From a virus (lineage: Duplodnaviria; Caudoviricetes): a DNA stretch of 59,595 nt. The stretch lies in IMG/VR virus record IMGVR_UViG_3300027791_003052, positions 1-59,595 of that record; one strand, 5' to 3'. The translations under genes were made by a program, and so were the position numbers. Of the stretch, positions 17,101 to 26,600 are shown one piece after another (positions within the stretch are counted from its first letter, which is position 1; the number at the start of each line of letters is the position of its first letter). Below the pieces are notes generated by a model that ran no database searches, was not told the origin of the DNA, and worked only from the letters and a program-made list of their open reading frames with translations.

Positions 17101-18576
17101 TTAGAGTTTTATATTTATCATTTTTGCTTTAGGTGATATTTCATCAATACCAACTAATTCATATTTTAATTGTTTTATTCCATCGGATTTATAATCCCAA
17201 GTTCCTTGTTGCATTTCGTGAATATATCTCTTTTCGTTACGAGCAGTAGTTTCTCCTTTTGCCCAAACATCATTTCCATTTTCATCTTTAACCATTCCCT
17301 CATCTTGATGTGGTAAACAATTCATTTTACCATCTTTACGATGTGGTATAACAGTATATGGGATTTTAATTTCTTCTTGATTAAACGTTCCTCTTGTAAT
17401 TATACCATCAATACTATTTCCACTTAAATCAATAGCTACTCTAGATGAATCCAACTGTTCTTTATTATTAAAATCATAATGTAACACAAGTTTATCAATT
17501 GGAATTTCTTTATGTAAATTTGAAATCTCGTTTGAATCTAAATTTCTGTTCCACATCATTACCTTAGCAATATCTCCCTTAAACCATTTATTTGGTTCTG
17601 TTTTAGCAGTTGATGTTGTTGTTCCTAAATAATAATCACCCAATCCATATGATTTCAATCTTTCTTCGTAATGAAGTGGTGATTGTGTACCATGACCATG
17701 TCTTGCATCTGATTCTTTACCATTTAAATAAAAATGTATATTTTGTTTAGATGTATCCACATTTAAAGTAACCCATGACCATTGATTTTCATATCTCTTT
17801 ATCCATTGATATAAGTGATTTTTATTAGTATCCCATAATTGTGCAGTATATGCTCTTGAATTATTATAACTTAAACCATAATCATATCCTGGTCTTCTTA
17901 GTATTGGATATTCACAAAATCTTCTTTCAGTATCACCAATTAACCAAATAGGAACTTTTTCTTCTTGTTGATTTGCTCTTACTAAAATTGATATTGTATG
18001 TGAACGTGATGTTAATGATTTTAATAATTTATGTTTTGGTATTTTTACAAAACTATTTTTACCATTAAATGATAAGTAGTTCTGAATTGTACTTGGAGAA
18101 TCCATGTAGGTATCATTTGCATATCCTTCCAAAACACATCTCCAAAATAAATCATCATCTTCCATTCCCCAATCCCAATAATCATTTGAATAACCATTGG
18201 TTTTTTCAATTTGTTCTTTTGAAAATAAAACCGCTCCACCAAAATATTCCTCATACTTTAGTTTATACTCCATTTGAGATATTGATGTTGCGATATGAAT
18301 TGGTGTTTTTTCTGGAAAAGAGTAATCTGCTCCACCACCATCTTCTGGTATCATATCAATATCATGGAATACAATATAATCACAGCCATCTTCAAATGCG
18401 TGTTTTGCTGCAATGTTTTTAGTTGCACCTCTATTAAATAATTTATCATCTACTTGATGACAAATGTAAATAACATAATCGATTCCCTGTGAATCCAAAT
18501 ATGCGCCAACTTTTGGTACAAATTCAGCCAAATGAGCTTCTCTATTTCTATATGGTACACAAACTCCTAATTTCAT
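17101..18576 (-). CDS. GT7 (beta-1,4-galactosyltransferase-like) glycosyltransferase with inserted LamG domain
   Basis: VPYRNR, FNRG, HDIDM (DxD), YFGG, NGYSNDYWDWGMEDDDL; LamG: FKGDIAKVMMWNRNL, DLSGN. Confidence 0.85.
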   Translation of the reverse strand: MKLGVCVPYRNREAHLAEFVPKVGAYLDSQGIDYVIYICHQVDDKLFNRGATKNIAAKHAFEDGCDYIVFHDIDMIPEDGGGADYSFPEKTPIHIATSISQMEYKLKYEEYFGGAVLFSKEQIEKTNGYSNDYWDWGMEDDDLFWRCVLEGYANDTYMDSPSTIQNYLSFNGKNSFVKIPKHKLLKSLTSRSHTISILVRANQQEEKVPIWLIGDTERRFCEYPILRRPGYDYGLSYNNSRAYTAQLWDTNKNHLYQWIKRYENQWSWVTLNVDTSKQNIHFYLNGKESDARHGHGTQSPLHYEERLKSYGLGDYYLGTTTSTAKTEPNKWFKGDIAKVMMWNRNLDSNEISNLHKEIPIDKLVLHYDFNNKEQLDSSRVAIDLSGNSIDGIITRGTFNQEEIKIPYTVIPHRKDGKMNCLPHQDEGMVKDENGNDVWAKGETTARNEKRYIHEMQQGTWDYKSDGIKQLKYELVGIDEISPKAKMINIKL

Positions 18577-18986
18577 ATCGAATCTGCTATTAACTTTTTA
18601 AATTTAGTTGTACTCCAACCATGTGAACGAGATATCCAATGAATTAATGTTCCTAATTCTTTTCCTGTATATGGTTTGGCAATATAATCATCACCTAAAA
18701 ATCTAACATCAGGGTTTATACTCTTAATTAAAAAAAGTAATTCCTTTTCTGTATTATAGGTTAGGAAAGTTGGTTTATTAAAAAAATATTCCAACATCTC
18801 TTTTCGTTCATCGATAGTTAGTACTGGTTTTAATTTTTCAGGTCTTTCTATTGTAGGATCGTTTTGTAATAAGATATATTGTTTCTGACACGTATCATTC
18901 ATCTCTTTAAATAATTTTACATATCCAGGATGTATAACATCAAAGTTACCAGCAACTATTCCTATTTCAACTTTTTCTATTTCCAT
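18573..18986 (-). CDS. Cytidylyltransferase (TagD/glycerol-3-phosphate cytidylyltransferase-like)
   Basis: AGNFDVIHPGY, KPVLTIDER, FLGDDY, RSHGWSTT. Confidence 0.85.
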   Translation of the reverse strand: MEIEKVEIGIVAGNFDVIHPGYVKLFKEMNDTCQKQYILLQNDPTIERPEKLKPVLTIDERKEMLEYFFNKPTFLTYNTEKELLFLIKSINPDVRFLGDDYIAKPYTGKELGTLIHWISRSHGWSTTKFKKLIADSI

Positions 18987-20410
18987 AATTCTACTGATAT
19001 GAAGTGATAATTATTTACAAATGTATCTGATAATAATTCGAATCGAACATTATCAATTCCATCTCGTTTATAATCAGATTTACCTTTTAATACTTTATTA
19101 TAAAAATGTAATTGATTTTTTCGTGTTTCTGTCCAGGTCCATTTGTTTTCATAGAAACCATTTTCTTGATGATATAACAATTCAAAAGTAGAATCTCTCC
19201 TCCATGGAACTGGTATTTTCATAAATTTATCAGCTTGTTGAATTGGTACTTTGCCACAATCCATAACTTCAGCATTTCTACCCTTTCCACTTAAATCAGG
19301 AATACCGGAATAATTTGCAGTTTTCATATCATAACATACTTCAAGAGTATGTGGTGCAATATAATCTCCGTAAGATTCAGTAAGTCCCATTGATTTGTTT
19401 TTAGATATTTCTTTGATTTGGGATTCTTCTAATGAATGATTAAAAACTGCTAAATAATCAACCGTTCCAGCAAAAGCCTTTCTATTATTATACTCTAGTG
19501 AAGGAGAATTACCTAAATACATTTTCTTTTCAGAACCGTAATTTAATAGTTTACCAGTAAAATTAACGGAATCTACCAATTCACCATCTAAATAAAATTT
19601 AATAATATTATCATTTTGATTTACAGTAACACACAATGTAGTTTGCTTAGGAGGAGTTATATTTGATTTTAAACTTATACATTCTTTATCAACATTGAAC
19701 ACTTCAAATTTATATCTTTTGTATGAGTTATATGAAAAACTTAAATCAAATCCAGGAATACAGAAAATATTATATTCATCTGATGGGTATTTTGCATTAC
19801 ATTCAATTTCACTTGGTTCAAAGGAACAAAATATAGTATAGTTATTTAACCGAAACGGCTTTGGTATGGTAACTACACTTGTATGTCCATTAAATTTTAA
19901 TGCAGCTGAAGAATGTGAGTTTAATGGTAATTCTTTTGTGTTAAAATCAAAAAAGTTTTCCTTACATCTCCAAAGTAAATCATCATCTTCATATCCCCAT
20001 CCCCAATATTTGTTAGAATATCCATTTATATGATAATAATCATTTATTGGAAACATGGTAACACCACCAAAATATTCATCAAAAACAATACGTTTCTGCT
20101 TTTTGTGGTGATTTGATATAAAATTAGTCGCAAAATGAGTAGGCCTATCTACCAATGAATAATCAACATCTGAACTTGGTAACATATCTACATCGTGAAG
20201 TACGATATAATTACACCCAAGTTCTTTAGCCTTTCTTACACCAATATTTAATAGAGAACCCCGATTAAACGGATTGTTATCAGATTGTTCTACTATAATC
20301 AATTCATAATCTAATTTAGATTTTTTGAAATGATTTTTTATTGATGTTGTAAAATGATTTAGATGTGTTCTACGATTTCTATATGGTACAATGATACCAA
20401 GCTTATTCAT
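18977..20410 (-). CDS. Second GT7 glycosyltransferase with inserted LamG domain
   Basis: VPYRNR, FNRGSLLNIG, HDVDM, YFGG, NGYSNKYWGWGYEDDDL; LamG: FYLDG, FAGTVDYLAVFNHSL, DLSG. Confidence 0.85.
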   Translation of the reverse strand: MNKLGIIVPYRNRRTHLNHFTTSIKNHFKKSKLDYELIIVEQSDNNPFNRGSLLNIGVRKAKELGCNYIVLHDVDMLPSSDVDYSLVDRPTHFATNFISNHHKKQKRIVFDEYFGGVTMFPINDYYHINGYSNKYWGWGYEDDDLLWRCKENFFDFNTKELPLNSHSSAALKFNGHTSVVTIPKPFRLNNYTIFCSFEPSEIECNAKYPSDEYNIFCIPGFDLSFSYNSYKRYKFEVFNVDKECISLKSNITPPKQTTLCVTVNQNDNIIKFYLDGELVDSVNFTGKLLNYGSEKKMYLGNSPSLEYNNRKAFAGTVDYLAVFNHSLEESQIKEISKNKSMGLTESYGDYIAPHTLEVCYDMKTANYSGIPDLSGKGRNAEVMDCGKVPIQQADKFMKIPVPWRRDSTFELLYHQENGFYENKWTWTETRKNQLHFYNKVLKGKSDYKRDGIDNVRFELLSDTFVNNYHFISVELWK

Positions 20411-20425
20411 CTGTGTTTATTTTGT

Positions 20426-20602
20426 TTATTTTTTTATAGTATTTTCATACCATTCAGATAAGTACCATTCAATTCGAGGTCCCCATGCTTCTTTATCGAT
20501 TTCTTCTACCCATAGAGTAAGTGCATCTAAGGAATTACCGATTTTTTCAAGTGCTTTTACTTTTCTTTCTTCTAAAATTTGTGAAGTTTCATCTTTTGCC
20601 AT
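20426..20602 (-). CDS. Small hypothetical protein (58 aa)
   Basis: Manual translation MAKDETSQILEERKVKALEKIGNSLDALTLWVEEIDKEAWGPRIEWYLSEWYENTIKK; fills the gap and follows an ATATTTATA motif; below the ORF-track cut-off. Confidence 0.75.
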   Translation of the reverse strand: MAKDETSQILEERKVKALEKIGNSLDALTLWVEEIDKEAWGPRIEWYLSEWYENTIKK

Positions 20603-20642
20603 AACGTAAATTAATTAATTGTTTTTGTTTTTGTTTGTTGTA

Positions 20643-20651
20643 TATAAATAT
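20643..20651 (-). promoter_or_regulatory. ATATTTATA motif
   Basis: Intergenic, upstream of the 58-aa ORF and the GT7 genes. Confidence 0.55.
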
Positions 20652-20660
20652 ATAAAATTA

Positions 20661-21509
20661 CTAAATAGTAATAATTTTTCTTGTTAATCTATTCCACTTT
20701 AAGTAATCGAAATGAAAATTACTTTCCATTTTTTCAAACATAAATTCAGGATTGTTAATATCGATTTTCCAATCATTAATCTGAATAGCTTTATACATCT
20801 TTTTGTACTCTTCCCAAAAGGAATAGTTCTCTTCTGTTTCAGATACTTCTTTTAATCGTTCTAAAACGGTTGAATCCCACTTAAAGTGATGAACTTGTAC
20901 GAATCCCTCACCTCTACCAATTGGATACCTGAGAGGGTGTAATATTCCATCAGTTCCCCATACATGAGTTTCATCTATAATAGCATAATGTTGACCAGGT
21001 GTTACATCCACCGAACCTTTCATTATACAAACTTTATTTGGACAAGCTCCACTCATTGGATATCTAAAATACCCCGCAAGTGGAAACTTACTCCATATAT
21101 CAGTTTCTTTTGTTACCAAAGGAAACTCTCCATTCTCTCCTATCCTATCGAGAAAACCTCCTGTTATAAATTCCCATCCATTTTCCTCACAATCAGAAAT
21201 CATCTCTCTAATTGGTTTAGGGTAAATATGGAATTCATCATCATCCGAAACCACCCACCATTCTTGAGGCTTGGTTCGTTTAATTTCATTATATAATTGG
21301 GTTACTCTTTCCCAATTAAATTTTTCTTCTGTTACTACTTTATATGGGGTTATTCCGAGAGATTTTATTTCATCTAAAATTCCATCGTTTTCATGTTGTC
21401 TATAAACAACAACATAAATTTCATCAACAATGTTTTTGTAGTGTTCCAACATATGTGGAAGCATTGTGATGTTGTGACCAACAACTGTAACTAAATTTAT
21501 TTTTTGCAT
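20661..21509 (-). CDS. GT2-like (GT-A fold) glycosyltransferase
   Basis: LPHMLEHY, WWVVSDDDEF (DxDEF), GQH, HHFKW. Confidence 0.75.
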   Translation of the reverse strand: MQKINLVTVVGHNITMLPHMLEHYKNIVDEIYVVVYRQHENDGILDEIKSLGITPYKVVTEEKFNWERVTQLYNEIKRTKPQEWWVVSDDDEFHIYPKPIREMISDCEENGWEFITGGFLDRIGENGEFPLVTKETDIWSKFPLAGYFRYPMSGACPNKVCIMKGSVDVTPGQHYAIIDETHVWGTDGILHPLRYPIGRGEGFVQVHHFKWDSTVLERLKEVSETEENYSFWEEYKKMYKAIQINDWKIDINNPEFMFEKMESNFHFDYLKWNRLTRKIITI

Positions 21510-22276
21510 CTTTGTAGAATCGTTAATCCAGTAGAAGATGGTCTACTTCTAAATATACCATTATTAAAAAAGTTGAAAATTTCCCACTCTTTATTTTCTT
21601 TTAATTCGGTTATAAGCTTAGAAGGCCCATCTGAATACTCTTGGTGAAATTCATCAAGAATATCATCCGAAGTAATGTGTTCCCTTTCATATGATGCATC
21701 AGTATCGTGAATTGTTATTATACCATGTGGTGAAAGTAATTTTGAATATAATTCGAAATCATTTTTCACGTCCTCGTATGTATGACCCGCATCAATATGT
21801 AAAAAATCTATTTTAATATCTTCTTTTATAAAAAAGTTATAATATGCATTTTCGGTTGTATCTAATATTACTCTACATGGAAAAGTTTTTCTAAAATATG
21901 AATTCTTATCAACCCAATCAGTATATCCACCAACTCCATTTGAAGCATCTACTAATATAGTTGTACCACTATCACCCCATTCCATTGCTTTGTTACCATC
22001 GAATATTTCTTGTTCGTGTAGGTCAATTCTTGCTTGAGATATGATTCTTGGAATAAACCCACCACCACTACCTAAACATACACAAGTTTTTGCTCTCATA
22101 TATTGTATGATAGTATAAATTAACATACCATCTCCTAAATGTTTATCAGTAGCTCCATGAGTCCATCGGTACTTAACAGGAGTTAGTTCATCATATATTT
22201 TACCATTAACATCAACAGATTCTTTTCTATTGTTGGTAAAGTATTCTTTTATAAGATTGAAATTGATGATGCTCAT
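21497..22276 (-). CDS. Class I SAM-dependent methyltransferase (Methyltransf_24-like)
   Basis: CLGSGGG, IDFLHIDAGHTYEDVKNDF, IITIHDT. Confidence 0.85.
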   Translation of the reverse strand: MSIINFNLIKEYFTNNRKESVDVNGKIYDELTPVKYRWTHGATDKHLGDGMLIYTIIQYMRAKTCVCLGSGGGFIPRIISQARIDLHEQEIFDGNKAMEWGDSGTTILVDASNGVGGYTDWVDKNSYFRKTFPCRVILDTTENAYYNFFIKEDIKIDFLHIDAGHTYEDVKNDFELYSKLLSPHGIITIHDTDASYEREHITSDDILDEFHQEYSDGPSKLITELKENKEWEIFNFFNNGIFRSRPSSTGLTILQRCKK

Positions 22277-22450
22277 ATAAGGTTATTGGAAGTAAAATTT
22301 TTTGATAAAAGGGGAAACCTTTAGTGATCTACTATATTAGTGTCTTAGTTATTAGTATTTCTTTTTTCTTTATCTTTTCAGTTATTACCTACTCTTAGCG
22401 CTGTCCCCCAAACCCCCATGTTTATAAGTATTAGGTTTTTTACCAAACGT

Positions 22451-22470
22451 ATATAAATATATATAAATAT
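22451..22470 (-). promoter_or_regulatory. Tandem double ATATTTATA motif
   Basis: atataaatat x2 on + strand, just downstream of the GT-B gene stop. Confidence 0.55.
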
Positions 22471-22479
22471 ATCAAATAA

Positions 22480-23673
22480 TTATGAAATATGTGAATTAAT
22501 TCTCTCAACCCACTTTGTTCTATTATCAAACGTCATCATATAAGTTTTTAATTTTGCAAACTCCGTAAATCTTTGTTCGTGTGTATCTTTACGTATTTGC
22601 TTTATACAGTTATCAAATTCATTTTTAGATTTTGCTCTATATTTGTAATCAACATCTACTGCCCAATCTGAATGTATAATTGGCAACTTACCATAATCAA
22701 CTGCTTGAAATATCGAATACCCAAATGGTTCTTTAAAATATGCTCCATGAAATATACCGAAATCTTTTCTCATAAAAGAATCAAGAATTGATGGATTCCA
22801 TTGGTAAAATTTAATATTAGGAAATGTATATGTAGTTGTTTCTTTTAAATTTATAAAATCATATTTACTCGATAAAATAAATCCATCATGTCCATGCATC
22901 CAATGCATACACTTTCGTGTTTCTGCTCTTGATGCAAAACCTACATTGTTATTGTTTACATCATCACTATAAGGAACATTGTGTTTGAATTCATAAAAAT
23001 TTGGAACAGAGTGTGTGTAGTTTGGAAAATCACTTACCATTTGAGTTGGATTGTTACCTACCCAAATTCTTTTATCAAATGTTTGACAAAATTCTTTATA
23101 AAAGGCAGAATCAACTTTGGTATTAAATTGTAATCTGGTTAATTCGGGTTGATGTTTTAACACCTCCTCCATCTCACTTGGATATGCATGAACGAATAAT
23201 AATTTGAATTTATTTTCATACTTCCAAATATGTTCTCTTTTATGATAATGAGAATGTAAGTAATATATCTCCGAACATTCTTCTAATAAATCATTTGTTA
23301 TCTCTACATCATCACCATGGAAATGCCATTCTAAATCATCTGGTAATGAACTTGGGTCAAAGTCAACAGGTCTTTTAGAATCAATTAGTAATTTCCAATT
23401 TTTTCTCCACTTAATTCCTTTCCAAATGTTTTCTATAAAATGATTTGTCCAAATATCAGCACCACCTTCAATGGTATTACCACATCCAGTAGTAATCATT
23501 AACTTCTTACCCATTTTTTTACCATCGGTAGGATTTCTTAATCTTTCCTCAAATGGAAGTTCATTATTAATTTTAGAAAGAAGTACATCGGTATCGATGA
23601 ATTCATCAGAACTTATTAAATAATTTACTAACGATGATGTTAGTTGTTTTTTTTCTTTTTTGTATAACTTCAT
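22480..23673 (-). CDS. GT-B (GT4-like) glycosyltransferase
   Basis: GGADIW, GFASRAETRK, EPFGYSIFQAVDYGKLPI (ExFG..A..G.P signature); start uncertain (M1 or M54). Confidence 0.7.
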   Translation of the reverse strand: MKLYKKEKKQLTSSLVNYLISSDEFIDTDVLLSKINNELPFEERLRNPTDGKKMGKKLMITTGCGNTIEGGADIWTNHFIENIWKGIKWRKNWKLLIDSKRPVDFDPSSLPDDLEWHFHGDDVEITNDLLEECSEIYYLHSHYHKREHIWKYENKFKLLFVHAYPSEMEEVLKHQPELTRLQFNTKVDSAFYKEFCQTFDKRIWVGNNPTQMVSDFPNYTHSVPNFYEFKHNVPYSDDVNNNNVGFASRAETRKCMHWMHGHDGFILSSKYDFINLKETTTYTFPNIKFYQWNPSILDSFMRKDFGIFHGAYFKEPFGYSIFQAVDYGKLPIIHSDWAVDVDYKYRAKSKNEFDNCIKQIRKDTHEQRFTEFAKLKTYMMTFDNRTKWVERINSHIS

Positions 23674-23684
23674 TAATTTTGTTT

Positions 23685-26600
23685 TTAACCACAGTAGAGG
23701 TAACCATATACCCCTTCAGAGAGTCCATTAGAATCAAATGTAACATCTTCCATTGCTTTAGCAACAGTATAAGAACATTGTGATTGTCTTTCTTCGTACT
23801 GAGGATTATTATCACCATCAAAGGAAGTAACTACCCACTCAGATGGTTGTTTCATTAAATATCCTGCCGTATCAGAAGAACATAATAAATCACCTCTTGA
23901 AACATCTCCACCTTGGTTACATACTTTAAATCCTGGTAAGATGGAATTTGAACCCGATTCATAACTATCCCCTATGGATGCAACTTTCCATATTGTTTTT
24001 GTATCTCTTTCATTTTCAGGCAACACATCACCTAATGAGTCATATTGAAGAGAACCACTTCTTAGTTCTTTCCATAAGATACCAACAATCTCAGTATCTT
24101 TAGCCGTAGTTGATTTTATTATTTGATTATTGGAATCCAACTTAACCAAATCACCAGTATCTATGCTTACATTATTTTGTTTTACATATTGGTGACCCGC
24201 AGTAAATTGTGATTTAACTAATGCAATATTATGGGAAAGTATTCCATCTGATATATAATTATGTACTATACTTAAATGATAGTTCCATACATCAACTTCT
24301 TCTTCAAATCTTTCAATACTTTTAATTGTATCAAGTACCAATTCACCATCAATTGCAACATATACTTCATCACCTTCAAGTAACCAACCAACAGGTAATT
24401 CTTTATTTTTAAAATCAGGATGATATAGTGCATGAGAGTTAGAACATCTAAGTTCCTTGCCTGATTCTGTTTTTAAAATACACCAACCTTTATTTTTACC
24501 TATAACTATTTCATCAATAGATGACCATCCGAATTCTTTGGTTTCAAAATTAAATACTTTTATAAGGTCATGTTGTGTTGTATCTTCTATGTTTACCTCA
24601 CCTCTTTTTGTAATAATTTTTGTACCAGGTAAAACACAATTATCTTCTGCAAAAGTTACAATATCAGCCTGATCAGATTGTAAAGTTCCGATTGAAGTAC
24701 CATAACCATCGTAAGCAGTAAACTTATCTGAAAACCGAAGACCACCAATTCTGGCGTTACTCTTTATCCTCAAACCATCAGTTGAATCAATTTCTATCAA
24801 ATCCCCAAATGGTTTTGTTCCTATTTTAGCACTCGTACCAAATGATGCAATACCATCTGTGTCTATATTAAAATCTGGTGCGGATATAAATCCACTTGCT
24901 CCAATTAACATACCAGAAGTTGTATTAACACCACTACTACCACCTGTTCCACCAGACCTAATACCAGTTGATGAAAGAGTCCATCCACCAATAGTTCCTG
25001 AGGTTGCAGTTACTAAACCTGCTGAAGATACTGAGAATTTTTGATTGGATGTTGTTGTACCTCCAAATGCAATTGAACCATCGGCTAAGCTAATTTGAGA
25101 ACCTGCTGAAGCAGTAAGAGTTACACTACGTATAGTTCCTGTCTTGATTACACTTCCATCGATTTCTGTTACGTTTGCATTTACATCAGCTCCAGATATA
25201 CCTTGTGTTAATGTGGATGATCCATCGGTTACAGAGGTACCTGAGAATGTTACCAATCCACTAAATCCTATTGCTTGTGTTACAGTACCAAATGATACAG
25301 TACTCGCGTATCCAGGTCTAGAAGCATCCTCTGTTGCGGTGTAGTTTGAATACCAATATTTGTTAGAGTTACCAGATGCATAAGTTGGTGTTGATGTACT
25401 CCAATTTGTTGTAAGTGATGTGAATGTATCTGGAAATGTTAATCTACTTGCAGTAGGTAAAGAAGGTGCGGTTGCAGATACATTTGCAAAGTTTACTCTA
25501 CCTGTTACTGTTCTCAATCCATTATCACCAGGATCACCAGGATCACCATCACCACCTTCTACTGATTTACTAAAACTTTGTATTTTAGGAATGGTTACTT
25601 CATTTTCGATATTAACACTAAATACAATATTAGCAGTATTAGCATCACAAGCACTTGCAACTGCAAATACCGCTGGATTACCAGTTACAGTTTGTGCACC
25701 TACTGTTATATTAGTATCTGATGTAACTGTAACTTTAAATTCATTTGTAGAAGGTGTACCTGTTACACTATTAAGTTCGGTAGCACCTTTATAAACAACA
25801 ATTGATGTACCTGAACCTGCATAAGTTACTGTACCTGTGTTTGTAGTTGGAAGTGTATGTGATTCATTTGTTAAAATTACAGTATATGAATCTGCACCAG
25901 CTGCACCAGCACCACCATCAGTTCCTTGTTTTAATCCATAAATATTTACTTCATCAAATGCAGCATAAGTACCACTACCACCTTCTCTTACTTCTACTCT
26001 CCAAAGGTCAGTTGTATTTGCTGCTGGTTCCTGTGCATCTGGTATTGTATATGTATTTGTTGTACTCCATGTTTGTCTTTCTGTACCATCTTGTAAAAAT
26101 CTATATTGAGGTGAACTAAAGTTTTGATGAGTACCAGTTAATGTAATTTCTACTGCAGTTTTTGCATTTGCTCCATTATATAAAACAGCATATTGAGATG
26201 CGGTTAATTTTATAGATTTAGCATTAGAACCCGCGGCTCCGGGTTGTCCATCTTCTGCAAAGTTAGCAAATAACCCAGGTGCTGAGAAATTACCAAATGT
26301 TCCATTTGTTGAAGTTCTTTGACTAACCCATACATATTTGTTAGAAGATGTAGGTGTAGCTGGAGTACTAGACCATCCCGTTGGGGATGAACCGGTTGGT
26401 GTAGTTGGAGCTGATGCTGAATTAGTAAGTTTGTATATATATTGAATACCATCACCTTCTTCACCAGCTTTTGATTTAGTTATTGTTTGGGTTTTAGTGA
26501 ATGGGGTGAATGTAGTTCCGTTTGCAGTTTTACCACTAATAGCGTATGATATGGTTACCGAATCTGTACCATCTACCATTCCTCCATGTTGTGGAACAAC

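Noticed and set aside
6284-23673. Bacterial O-antigen/capsule locus or assembly chimera
   Set aside because: No wzx/wzy/wzz/ABC exporter; same strand, composition and upstream motif as the flanking phage genes.
24228-24638. Canonical mobile intein
   Set aside because: No homing endonuclease and the +1 residue is Ile, so standard splicing is not expected.
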